A DNA stretch of 40,314 bases from a virus (taxonomy: Duplodnaviria > Heunggongvirae > Uroviricota > Caudoviricetes): the IMG/VR virus record IMGVR_UViG_2541047163_000016. The stretch is one strand, 5' to 3'. This document shows, one piece after another, positions 27,418 through 35,504 of this stretch. The notes below the pieces were generated by a model. That model was not told where the DNA came from and did not search any database. It was given only the letters and a program-made list of their open reading frames with translations. Every line of letters starts with the position of its first letter. Position 1 is the stretch's first letter. Position numbers and translations under genes: made by a program.

Positions 27418-27625
27418 GACGGGCCTCCATGATGTTCTGGCAGTTCACACAACGGATGGCATCCGGCACAGCAACAAGACGTGCGGCGGGGATCTCTCCG
27501 CCACAGTCCGCGCAGACACGTCTGCCCGGAGCATCCATTGCCCGGCGCTTACGTGTCAGCCGGTTACAAAGGGCGCGTTCTGATCCCCGCTCCATCACAG
27601 CCTGAGCACGATCTGAATCATCCAT
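27398..27625 (-). CDS. TraR/DksA-family C4 zinc-finger protein
   Basis: ATG at 27625 preceded by AAGGA; C-terminus CADCGGEIP...CVNCQ is the C4 finger typical of phage TraR/DksA-like proteins. Confidence 0.6.
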   Translation of the reverse strand: MDDSDRAQAVMERGSERALCNRLTRKRRAMDAPGRRVCADCGGEIPAARLVAVPDAIRCVNCQNIMEARHVGQHR

Positions 27626-27635
27626 ACCTTTTTCC

Positions 27636-28007
27636 TTACTTCGTCTTTCCTGCCGGAACAGCAGGCGTTCCGGCCATATCAGTAAATTCATGTTGTCGCC
27701 GCGCCTCCAGACGACGAATACTGGCCTTGTCCACGTTGCAGTTCTTGATCACCGCCAGCAGTTGCAGGTTGTAAGTGACCGATGCCCCAAACGTGAACGG
27801 CTCCGGCGCAGGAGGGACCAGGCAGTCAGCCAGCCATTCAGCGGGGATCGGCACCGGCTTCACAGGCACGTATTTCACAGACGGCCCGGCGCACCCGATC
27901 AGCCACATCATCAGGAACAGGGGCAGAGGCCGCAGGCACTGCCTCCAGCGACCGGCGGACAACGCTCTGCTGCCCCTCGCTGTGCTGAATGTTCTGTTGT
28001 TTTTCAT
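27636..28007 (-). CDS. Outer-membrane spanin (o-spanin) lipoprotein, overlapping the i-spanin gene in another frame
   Basis: ATG at 28007 with GAGG upstream; lipobox-like LIGC followed by a proline-rich mature region (CAGPSVKYVPVKPVPIPAEW...). Confidence 0.5.
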   Translation of the reverse strand: MKNNRTFSTARGSRALSAGRWRQCLRPLPLFLMMWLIGCAGPSVKYVPVKPVPIPAEWLADCLVPPAPEPFTFGASVTYNLQLLAVIKNCNVDKASIRRLEARRQHEFTDMAGTPAVPAGKTK

Positions 28008-28236
28008 TCGTGGCCGCCTCACTGATTTGTGAAATGAGTTGCAGGGTGTGCTGCTGATTTGCCAGCACCTGACGCGCCTCATCCCGCTCACGCACAAGCA
28101 CCTGATTATTGTCTTCAAGGCGCTGCGTCTTCTGGTGCATTCCCCATATAGCGGCAACCAGTACAGCGATAATCCCCAGCGCCGCCATGCACGCCCCGGC
28201 AATCAGGGCCGGTAAGGCATTATTCACCGCAGCCAC
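27838..28236 (-). CDS. Inner-membrane spanin (i-spanin); start uncertain (GTG 28236 or 28227, or ATG 28188)
   Basis: N-terminal hydrophobic segment ALPALIAGACMAALGIIAVLVAAIW followed by a Gln/Glu/Arg-rich coiled-coil region; immediately downstream of the endolysin. Confidence 0.5.
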   Translation of the reverse strand: MAAVNNALPALIAGACMAALGIIAVLVAAIWGMHQKTQRLEDNNQVLVRERDEARQVLANQQHTLQLISQISEAATNEKQQNIQHSEGQQSVVRRSLEAVPAASAPVPDDVADRVRRAVCEIRACEAGADPR

Positions 28237-28300
28237 AGGACACCCCGTAACAGCAGTACCGCACACAGCAGCGCTATCATGAGCGGTCGCCAGAAGCGGT

Positions 28301-28801
28301 TCAGACTTTCGGCAAGTCGTAGCGACATAACCATTCATCCGCCGAACGGCGGGCCTCAAGGCCGGGGAGTTTCACCCCCTTTGAATAAATCCAGCGGATA
28401 TACTGCTTACAGGACGCGGGCATCTGCCCGGCATTGATCAGGCGCAGAAGCGTGGAGTTGCGAAAGTTCGTTTCACCGGCCCAGAAGATCCACGAAGCCA
28501 GCGCCACCGTCTGACCACGGGTAAGCGGCACCTGAACACGCCGATCAATGGCCGCAAAGGCCCATTTCATGTCCTTTTCCAGTAGTTCCAGGCATTCTTC
28601 ATCTGTCAGGGTCATACCCGGTTTCACATCCGGGCCGGTATGGCCGTAACAGATGGTGGGTGTACCGGTGGGATCGATATACGTGGAGTTTTCTTTCCCT
28701 TCCCAGTAACCGGTGTAATGCGTGGCAATCGTGAACGTCCCGGCACCGGCCAGAACAAGGGCAATCAGCTTTTTACGCAGTGGTGCGGGGAGTTTTGGCA
28801 T
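28301..28801 (-). CDS. Endolysin, lysozyme (GH24-like) with N-terminal signal-anchor-release-like segment
   Basis: YIDPTGTPTICYGHTG...GMTLTDEECLELLEKDM...VPLTRGQTVAL resembles P22/T4-type lysozymes (recalled); residues 12-27 LIALVLAGAGTFTIAT form a weakly hydrophobic Ala/Gly-rich segment. Confidence 0.85.
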   Translation of the reverse strand: MPKLPAPLRKKLIALVLAGAGTFTIATHYTGYWEGKENSTYIDPTGTPTICYGHTGPDVKPGMTLTDEECLELLEKDMKWAFAAIDRRVQVPLTRGQTVALASWIFWAGETNFRNSTLLRLINAGQMPASCKQYIRWIYSKGVKLPGLEARRSADEWLCRYDLPKV

Positions 28802-28802
28802 T

Positions 28803-28840
28803 GTTACGCTGTCTCATGATGTTCTCTGAGTCAGCGTAAC
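28803..28840. promoter_or_regulatory. Perfect 9-bp inverted repeat GTTACGCTG-N20-CAGCGTAAC at the 5' end of the lysozyme gene
   Basis: Arms at 28803-28811 and 28832-28840, within the 71-bp gap between the mor stop and the lysozyme start, ending 1 nt from the lysozyme ATG. Confidence 0.4.
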
Positions 28841-28872
28841 GGTGAAGGAGAGGCGGCAGGCTTTGCGGAATA

Positions 28873-29298
28873 TCAGAAAAGTGGCGGTTGCGTTCTTACC
28901 AGATGCAGACGGCGCTGTTCGCGTATGACGGTATAAATCTGGGTTTCTGACATCCGGTAATGGCGGCGAAGGGATTCAATTTTCTCGCCCCGGTCCCAGC
29001 GCGAAAATATCTCATTGTTTCGCAGCTCGGCAAAGAGAGATTCCCCGACCGGCAGGTAATAACCCCGTCCGCCCATATAGGCGGCCTGAGCCGCAGCCAC
29101 CTTGCGTGCCAGTTTACCGGCCAGTACCGGCTCAATCCCCTGACGCTGAAGTTCTGCGCCGGTGACTTCAACCAGTTCTGACAGGGTCCGCGGCCAGTTC
29201 TTTTTGAGAACATCATCAGGGATGTCATCAAGGCGGTCGATAAGGGCGTGCAGTTGCTCACTGTCACCACCAAACATGCTCATCTGAGTTTCTGCCAT
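28873..29298 (-). CDS. mor: Mor/C-family transcriptional activator
   Basis: ATG preceded by GGAGG; C-terminal region ...LPVGESLFAELRNNEIFSRWDRGEKIESLRRHYRMSETQIYTVIREQRR parallels the recalled Mu Mor C-terminal helix-turn-helix region. Confidence 0.75.
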   Translation of the reverse strand: MAETQMSMFGGDSEQLHALIDRLDDIPDDVLKKNWPRTLSELVEVTGAELQRQGIEPVLAGKLARKVAAAQAAYMGGRGYYLPVGESLFAELRNNEIFSRWDRGEKIESLRRHYRMSETQIYTVIREQRRLHLVRTQPPLF

Positions 29299-29367
29299 AT
29301 CAGCCTCCGGTTCTCGCGTTCCCGGTAAGTTTAAAATAAAAATCCCGCGTTGTGGCGGGATTTGGAG

Positions 29368-29877
29368 TTAACGGGGAAGTGATTTTTCATACTGCCTGCA
29401 AACGGCGTCATACCCCATCAGCGTGCGTTCGGGCATTCCCATCGCGGCCAGCATTTTGCGGCGGTGCCATCGCTTGAGACGCTCCAGCACATCTGAGGCC
29501 AGGGCGGGGTGTTGCTCCAGCCACTGCCAGTTTGCCACACCTTCGCCGCCGTTCTGCGCGGCCGTCTGCGATTTCACCCAGCGGTTAAGGGCGGTTTCCG
29601 CACCATCGGTGATAAAGCCCTGCCGGTGCATCACCTTCCAGATGGCGCGAATTTTGGCGGTCACCGTACCCGGTTTTAAGGCCCGGTTAACCGGGTTCTG
29701 ACGCACTTTAAAACCGCGTTTTTTGAAAACATCCAGCACGCGGGATAACTCATCCGGTGACATATCCCGGCAGCTGGTTTTGCCGGTAGCTGCCAGCAGC
29801 GCGGATGTATAAGTCTCATCATCCAGGGCAAGCTCGCGCTTTGCCACATGAATGGCGGATATCAGTTTTCCTCTCAT
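29368..29877 (-). CDS. gemA: GemA-like protein (Mu gp16 family)
   Basis: 169-aa ORF immediately upstream of mor, as gemA is in Mu; AAGGT before the ATG. Assignment mainly by synteny and size. Confidence 0.55.
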   Translation of the reverse strand: MRGKLISAIHVAKRELALDDETYTSALLAATGKTSCRDMSPDELSRVLDVFKKRGFKVRQNPVNRALKPGTVTAKIRAIWKVMHRQGFITDGAETALNRWVKSQTAAQNGGEGVANWQWLEQHPALASDVLERLKRWHRRKMLAAMGMPERTLMGYDAVCRQYEKSLPR

Positions 29878-30170
29878 ACCGTATTTACCTTTTTACGGAC
29901 ATGGAAAGCCTTTTCTGCCTCATCCCACCGGGCATGGTGTGTTGGCGGAATAATCATTATGTGCCAGCCATCTCTGCTTGTTATTCGGCAGAAAAATTCA
30001 CCGTTATATAACACAATGGCCTGCTGAATGAGCGCATCAGCCGCCCGTTCAACCGGATGTCTTTTATCAAAAAAGCAGATGATTTTTCGACATAACCACC
30101 GGGTAATAACAAATGCGCCGAAAAAGGATGTGATATATAAGCACCAGAACAACAGAGAACTATTGTCCAT
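29874..30170 (-). CDS. Hypothetical early protein with N-terminal hydrophobic segment
   Basis: 98-aa ORF with verified ATG; LLFWCLYITSFFGAFVITRWL suggests a membrane anchor. Confidence 0.45.
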   Translation of the reverse strand: MDNSSLLFWCLYITSFFGAFVITRWLCRKIICFFDKRHPVERAADALIQQAIVLYNGEFFCRITSRDGWHIMIIPPTHHARWDEAEKAFHVRKKVNTV

Positions 30171-30357
30171 TATCTTTCTCCTTATTCACTCTTCTGCGGC
30201 ATTCGGCACAGTCATCAGGGCTTTCAAATGTATCCGGCTCGCGATTATGAGCCAGATATAACCACCGTCCACATATACTGATATTTTCGCCTGTTTTAAA
30301 AAAATGATGCTTCCTGGCCATTAGTGGCCGCGCCCATCCAGCGGGTAGACTATTCAT
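30160..30357 (-). CDS. Hypothetical small early protein, Cys-containing
   Basis: 65-aa ORF with verified ATG; cysteines at ...SICGRW... and ...DDCAECRRR.... Confidence 0.4.
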   Translation of the reverse strand: MNSLPAGWARPLMARKHHFFKTGENISICGRWLYLAHNREPDTFESPDDCAECRRRVNKEKDNGQ

Positions 30358-30685
30358 TTGCTTTATCCTCCATGCTGGACAGAATCATATGTATTAATGT
30401 CGGGCGTGGAGATATACGCATTTCATTAAGCGTCTGAAGGGCAGCAACAGCTGCCTGTTTATCGGTGCCTTTGGCAATTTCAGCAAGAGAATGCACAATC
30501 CATAACGGGCTTAACGCTACGGCTGAATGCAGAATCATGTCATCCATAATAATTTCTGGCATATCCCGTTTGTCACATTCTTTATCCATAAAAGAAACGA
30601 TTTTTTCTGCATCTTCCGGTTTCATGCCTCCGGCGATGAGAATTTTACGATATTCATAAGACGATCTTAATTCAATACTCATCAT
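30350..30685 (-). CDS. Hypothetical early protein
   Basis: 111-aa ORF, AGGTGA before the ATG. Confidence 0.5.
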   Translation of the reverse strand: MMSIELRSSYEYRKILIAGGMKPEDAEKIVSFMDKECDKRDMPEIIMDDMILHSAVALSPLWIVHSLAEIAKGTDKQAAVAALQTLNEMRISPRPTLIHMILSSMEDKANE

Positions 30686-30697
30686 TCACCTGCCTGT

Positions 30698-31066
30698 TTA
30701 ATCAGTTTCCAGTGCTTTGCTACGGGCAACAGCCTCACACTCAAAAAATACCGACTCCGGCACACGCTCCTTTAATTCACGAACAAGAAAATCATTAACG
30801 AGTTCATGACGTCTTATATTTCTTTCCTTTTCCTCCTGGCGCAATACAGCAAGGCGGTATTCAACAGTCCGGCGTTGTTTCTGAAAGACAGCCAGTGCTT
30901 TTCTGGCAGAGTTACGCAATGTATCATCGCCACAGGGTTCGTATTCAAGCTGAAATTTAATCTCTTCAATGGTTTCTTTTATTTTTGCCAGCAAGCTAAG
31001 ACAGTCGCTGATTGTCTTCAGTTTTTCATTATCAATATAACTTCTCACGCATTCACCTCCCGTCAT
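30698..31066 (-). CDS. Hypothetical early protein
   Basis: ATG at 31066 overlaps the upstream stop (ATGA); the track start at 31090 is GTG inside the upstream gene. Confidence 0.45.
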   Translation of the reverse strand: MTGGECVRSYIDNEKLKTISDCLSLLAKIKETIEEIKFQLEYEPCGDDTLRNSARKALAVFQKQRRTVEYRLAVLRQEEKERNIRRHELVNDFLVRELKERVPESVFFECEAVARSKALETD

Positions 31067-31374
31067 TCCGGTAAAGCTGAAATATGGCACCAGTGCGTCA
31101 CCTGTCCGTCCTCATCTTCAAGGCAGGCTCCGGTTTCTTCATCAATAAAAAAGCCTTCATACCCCATATGGCCGATGCGCAGTTCCTGTTGGTCACCATA
31201 CTGAACAATCAGCACGACAGCCTCCATATCAGGCGGGAAAGCATCATTCAGTGAATGCCAGGGATAACCGCGCAAATCCCCGAAATAAACACCGGTCAGC
31301 GTTCCGCCACAGACCGGCATTCCGACGGCACACACAAGGGGTTCATCTGATTCAACAAATAATGTCGTTATCAT
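31063..31374 (-). CDS. Hypothetical early protein
   Basis: 103-aa acidic ORF with verified ATG. Confidence 0.5.
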   Translation of the reverse strand: MITTLFVESDEPLVCAVGMPVCGGTLTGVYFGDLRGYPWHSLNDAFPPDMEAVVLIVQYGDQQELRIGHMGYEGFFIDEETGACLEDEDGQVTHWCHISALPE

Positions 31375-31922
31375 GGCATTAATTCCCGTAATACAACATC
31401 TTCGGCAGTCCGACGACGGTGATAAATAAAACTCACCGTGCCCTCGGATAATTCAAATTTCTCGCCGATTTCCCTAAAGGTAAGACGCCGTGGTGATTCA
31501 GCATCCCGTAATTCACGAATAAGACGAACATCATCGTCAGGTATGCGGGTGAAGGGCAGCAACTCTCCGTATTTTTTCATGCTTACGCCAATATATCGCG
31601 CCCGATTGTGGACAGAATCCCGGTCTCGCCCCAGATATTCTCCTATTTGCTTACCGGTCATTGTTCTGGCATTTTTTCGGATAAATTTATCTTCATCAGG
31701 TTTAAATCTGAGGCGTTTGCATTTGAGCAACTCCGGGTAAGTACCGCGTAATAAAACAATCCGGTTATGTACACCCCAGAAACTTCTTTTTATCCTGACA
31801 GCAATATCCTTAACCGGGGTGGATGGATAAAGCGCAATCAGCAGCGCATCTTCTTCAGGTGTCCATGCGCGAACATGAGCGGGTGCACGGCCTTTTCTCC
31901 CCATGGGTTGTAATATCATCAT
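31371..31922 (-). CDS. Putative DNA-binding protein with two Myb/SANT-like repeats and a C-terminal helix-turn-helix
   Basis: Repeat 1 WTPEEDALLIALY...FWGVHNR; repeat 2 FKPDEDKFIRKNAR...DSVHNRARY; C-terminus LTFREIGEKFELSEGTVSFIYHRR resembles sigma-70 region 4/LuxR-type HTH. Confidence 0.45.
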   Translation of the reverse strand: MMILQPMGRKGRAPAHVRAWTPEEDALLIALYPSTPVKDIAVRIKRSFWGVHNRIVLLRGTYPELLKCKRLRFKPDEDKFIRKNARTMTGKQIGEYLGRDRDSVHNRARYIGVSMKKYGELLPFTRIPDDDVRLIRELRDAESPRRLTFREIGEKFELSEGTVSFIYHRRRTAEDVVLRELMP

Positions 31923-31925
31923 GCA

Positions 31926-32441
31926 TCACCCCCTGACTCGCTTTTCAGCAGCATAAAACTCATCAGACAGAATTTCGGTCATTTTCTGATTTGCGGGTTT
32001 TACGCCGCACTCAAGGTAAATCACATCGTCAACGCAGAACCACTTCACAGGGCCAAACATGATTGCCGAGAAATCAATACCCAGCCAGAACAACAGTGCA
32101 TCGGTTCTGGCATACGTGACGGGCGAATATTCACGCCACAGACTGTTAAGTTCGTCAGAGGCAACGCGCAGGGCTTTGGGAATACGTGATGTGCGCGGTG
32201 TGCAGCTCCAGCCATTCGACGCAGTCGGTTTTCGCCATAAGTCGCGATGAAAAGGATATTTGTCATCCATAAAGCGCAGCCCTTTAAAACAAAAGCCACT
32301 GATACCGGATACAAATACCGACCGGCACGCAACATTCAGCACGGCCTCAAGGCGTTTTGCCTCATCCTTAACTTTCTGGCAGTCCTGCTGATATTTTTGC
32401 CACGCGGCCAGCGCGGAAGGGTTTGATGTTTTAAAGAACAT
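31926..32441 (-). CDS. Hypothetical early protein
   Basis: 171-aa ORF; stop/start overlaps with neighbours. Confidence 0.5.
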   Translation of the reverse strand: MFFKTSNPSALAAWQKYQQDCQKVKDEAKRLEAVLNVACRSVFVSGISGFCFKGLRFMDDKYPFHRDLWRKPTASNGWSCTPRTSRIPKALRVASDELNSLWREYSPVTYARTDALLFWLGIDFSAIMFGPVKWFCVDDVIYLECGVKPANQKMTEILSDEFYAAEKRVRG

Positions 32442-32974
32442 TACGCCACCTCCGCAGATATCCCGGCAGGCGCGGCCGTCCGGTCAACAATCAGGTAACG
32501 CAGAACGCGCGAGGTGATATTCCAGCCGCTTAAACCGCAGATAATGACACCCAGGCGTATGTCGATATACGCCATCACAAACTGGGGCACGCCTTCTTTC
32601 ATGGCCTGCTCATCAACTTCAGCCACCACATAAACGGTTTCACAGGTCAGAACGCCCTGAGCAAATTCCCACGCCATTGACGGAATATCATGCCCCTCAA
32701 TCCACGGCAGGGATTTTCTGAAGCTGCACCACTGAACATCATCAGCCGCACCTTCCTGGCTGCATTTGCGACGAACCGGCTGCACCGGGCGGGGACGCGG
32801 AATATCATAAAAACCGTTACATTCCGTCAGCACCCCGGCATCGACCGCATCACGCAGAAAATAAACCATCGAGGATGGCGGCATATTCATTTTTTCAGCC
32901 AGAATGCCGCAGGTCAGACGCCCGTAAATACTCAGCCAGTTTTTAACCCCTTCAAGCACTTTTGCACCAATCAT
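32441..32974 (-). CDS. Hypothetical early protein
   Basis: 177-aa ORF with verified ATG. Confidence 0.5.
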   Translation of the reverse strand: MIGAKVLEGVKNWLSIYGRLTCGILAEKMNMPPSSMVYFLRDAVDAGVLTECNGFYDIPRPRPVQPVRRKCSQEGAADDVQWCSFRKSLPWIEGHDIPSMAWEFAQGVLTCETVYVVAEVDEQAMKEGVPQFVMAYIDIRLGVIICGLSGWNITSRVLRYLIVDRTAAPAGISAEVA

Positions 32975-32977
32975 GAA

Positions 32978-33520
32978 TTATTCCTCCGTCAGCGCCACAT
33001 ATTCAGAATGTTTAATCTCCTGGCATTCTTCAGGAATACCCCCTTTTATTTCCCTGCCATAAGCGCCTACTTTAAACACCACGCACAGGGCATCACGGGA
33101 GAGCGACGGGGTCCACCAGGAGTCCATGTTAAACATGGAGGGGATTCTCATTACCCCCAGCTTTTCACAGAGCCAGACAAGGAAATCAGGACGCTTTCTT
33201 AACTCGCGTTCAGCGGCTTCAATCATTGCGGCAATCGCCGGTCCTTCAGGGCATGACTCATCAGGTCTGGCAATAAAGCACGGTCCGTCCCCGATAAAAG
33301 CCACATCATCGCGCTTACGCCAGCCCGCAGGCAGAGCACCAGAAAAATAAAACTCACTGATTACGTCCATGGCAAACGGCTTTAAGCGCAATCCGGCAGC
33401 GCCTGTATTTTTCAGTAATGCCCGAAGAATACTGTTGCGTAGCGGTAAAACAGTCTGTTGATATTTGGTGAAATATTTATTTGTCTGCACACGGTCTAAT
33501 TTGAAATAAAAATATGCCAT
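32978..33520 (-). CDS. Hypothetical early protein
   Basis: 180-aa ORF, AAGGAACAGG before the ATG. Confidence 0.5.
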   Translation of the reverse strand: MAYFYFKLDRVQTNKYFTKYQQTVLPLRNSILRALLKNTGAAGLRLKPFAMDVISEFYFSGALPAGWRKRDDVAFIGDGPCFIARPDESCPEGPAIAAMIEAAERELRKRPDFLVWLCEKLGVMRIPSMFNMDSWWTPSLSRDALCVVFKVGAYGREIKGGIPEECQEIKHSEYVALTEE

Positions 33521-33617
33521 ATATCCTGTTCCTTATTTTCAGTTTACAGGCGCAGGCAGTCCCCTGACGCGAGCGCCATACTTAAAACGATGTGATATTT
33601 AAAGATTTAATGCGGTG

Positions 33618-34148
33618 TTATTTATTCAGTCCGGCGTCCTGTTCAAAAGGCTCGACATAAAAACTTTCAGCGCCTTTATTCACCTTAATACCGGCAATGC
33701 CTTTCACTGCATCCGGCTCCGCTAGGACCGCTTCCTTGTTCACTTCCTCTTTCGTGCGGATGAATCGCTCAAGCCCCATACGGCGCAGCATTTCAATCAC
33801 ACCTTCCACATCACGGCTGACGCTGCATGATGGATTTCCCAGCCGCCATGACACTGTTCCGGTGGTCAGATTGGCTGTTTTGGTTTTGCCGCCGTTCGTC
33901 AGCTCATCGCGGTTGGTTTTGCACCAGTCCTGAATCCCCTTAAAAAGCACTTTGATTTCTTTTTTAAGGTTTTCAATCTGCGGCGTATAACGGGCGGTGA
34001 TTTCTGCCACTTCATCATTCATCGCCGTTTCCAGCCGTAGCGCCTCTCGCTGAATATCGCCCAGGGTACGGATATCGCGGCTGACTTCTTCGCGGGTCTG
34101 CGGTGCAGCCTCGGCTGCGGCCTTTAATTTTGTAACACGTTTAGCCAT
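33618..34148 (-). CDS. gam: Gam-like host-nuclease inhibitor (DNA end-binding, Ku-like)
   Basis: ...LGDIQREALRLETAMNDEVAEIT...CKTNRDELTNGGKTKTANLTTGTVSWR...LERFIRTKEEVNKEAVLAEP... closely parallels the recalled Mu Gam sequence; AAGGA before the ATG. Confidence 0.9.
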   Translation of the reverse strand: MAKRVTKLKAAAEAAPQTREEVSRDIRTLGDIQREALRLETAMNDEVAEITARYTPQIENLKKEIKVLFKGIQDWCKTNRDELTNGGKTKTANLTTGTVSWRLGNPSCSVSRDVEGVIEMLRRMGLERFIRTKEEVNKEAVLAEPDAVKGIAGIKVNKGAESFYVEPFEQDAGLNK

Positions 34149-34159
34149 TTTGTTTTTCC

Positions 34160-34453
34160 TTATTGCAGTGTGCCTGATGCTTTATGCACGCGGTGGCGTT
34201 TAATGATGGCATCCGCCCCAAAAGCCTGTACAGATGCCTGAAATTCCGCTGAGAGAAACTGAATAATTTCAGGACTGTGATACTGGAGAATACTTGCATA
34301 AACGCCACAGAGTGACGTCGGCCTGTTATTCGTATCACGTTCTGTTTTTACATCCACACCAATCTTTTCATGCACTTCAACACAGTCATTGCCTGCCGGT
34401 TTTTCGTCATGCGAAACATGCTTAAATTCAAAAATAACGCGTACTTTGCTCAT
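34160..34453 (-). CDS. Small early protein, paralogue 2 of a tandem pair
   Basis: ATG at 34453; N-terminus MSKVRVIFEFKHVSHDE parallels the upstream gene's MSKVVRIIFEYKEHVIHKN. Confidence 0.5.
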   Translation of the reverse strand: MSKVRVIFEFKHVSHDEKPAGNDCVEVHEKIGVDVKTERDTNNRPTSLCGVYASILQYHSPEIIQFLSAEFQASVQAFGADAIIKRHRVHKASGTLQ

Positions 34454-34457
34454 GGAA

Positions 34458-34730
34458 TTACCCCTGCTGATTAAATTCATTACCTTTAATAACCCCGGAA
34501 CGCATGCTCATATCTTTCATGAGCGCACTGGCTTTCATTGCCACAAGTTCAGCAAAGTCTCTGCTTTCCGCGAGCATAACCACCCCAAAAATCATGGCGG
34601 GTCCATCACCTTTCTGCTTTATCCCGGTTGAACGTATGTCCAGACTTACCCCCATGCGCACTGTTCCATCAGCGTTTTTATGGATAACGTGCTCCTTGTA
34701 TTCGAAAATAATGCGTACGACTTTACTCAT
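34458..34730 (-). CDS. Small early protein, paralogue 1 of a tandem pair
   Basis: 90-aa ORF with verified ATG; shares N-terminal motif with gene 34160-34453. Confidence 0.5.
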   Translation of the reverse strand: MSKVVRIIFEYKEHVIHKNADGTVRMGVSLDIRSTGIKQKGDGPAMIFGVVMLAESRDFAELVAMKASALMKDMSMRSGVIKGNEFNQQG

Positions 34731-35008
34731 CCTCTGGTCCTCGTTCTGTTTGGATAACTGACCCGGCGTCTGACCTCACGGCAGAACCGAATCATGGCAT
34801 TAAAGGCTTCTTCCTCCGTCACCGCTTCCGGTATCCCCGGAACCAGTAACTGCTCCTGTTCATCACGTCCATGACGCGCCATAACCTCAATCACATGCCG
34901 TACCGTGGCAGGCTTTCCGGCAACTATCGGCAATGCACCTTCCGGCAGGACGTAACCAAACTCAATAAGACCACTCGACCACGCCCATGCAATGAGATTT
35001 TTTTTCAC
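34727..35008 (-). CDS. Hypothetical early protein
   Basis: 93-aa ORF, GTG start preceded by GGAGGTG. Confidence 0.45.
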   Translation of the reverse strand: MKKNLIAWAWSSGLIEFGYVLPEGALPIVAGKPATVRHVIEVMARHGRDEQEQLLVPGIPEAVTEEEAFNAMIRFCREVRRRVSYPNRTRTRG

Positions 35009-35009
35009 C

Positions 35010-35264
35010 TCACACCTCCCAGTAAACCGTGCAGCCGCTGATGCGGGTGGCCTTCACACGGCGGCGCAGGCCGTTGGTCTGTATGGTGATTTCAATTTCA
35101 CCGGTTCCCTGCACGTTGCCTACCGGCGGCGTGGTTTTCAGTGCAAAACGTTGCGGATAGCGCTTACTGCGTTCCAGTACCGCACCGGCAAGTTCGGTCA
35201 GACGGCGCGCGCTGTTCAGGGAGTCGAATAAATTCATTTTGTTACCGCAGGATTGCATATTCAT
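35010..35264 (-). CDS. Hypothetical early protein
   Basis: ATG at 35264 preceded by GAGGTG; the track start at 35276 has no ribosome-binding site. Confidence 0.45.
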   Translation of the reverse strand: MNMQSCGNKMNLFDSLNSARRLTELAGAVLERSKRYPQRFALKTTPPVGNVQGTGEIEITIQTNGLRRRVKATRISGCTVYWEV

Positions 35265-35276
35265 ATAACACCTCAT

Positions 35277-35504
35277 TTAGCTGACTTGTTTCGCACCAAC
35301 AGAACGGCATATTCCGCTGTAAACGTCTGTCGCACCTTCGCGATCAAGTCCGGCAGATATCACCATTCGTGTGCGGTCATTAAATTCAAAAAGTAAATCG
35401 CCACATTCTTTATTTTCGGCCAGTGAAATCACCTTCACGTTATCGAAATTAACCAGGTAAAAGCGTCCGTAAATATCAGGAATATTAAATACCGCCATAA
35501 TCAC
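35277..35504 (-). CDS. Small early protein immediately downstream of B (position of Mu kil)
   Basis: 75-aa ORF; size and position match Mu kil, but no sequence-based support. Confidence 0.45.
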   Translation of the reverse strand: MIMAVFNIPDIYGRFYLVNFDNVKVISLAENKECGDLLFEFNDRTRMVISAGLDREGATDVYSGICRSVGAKQVS

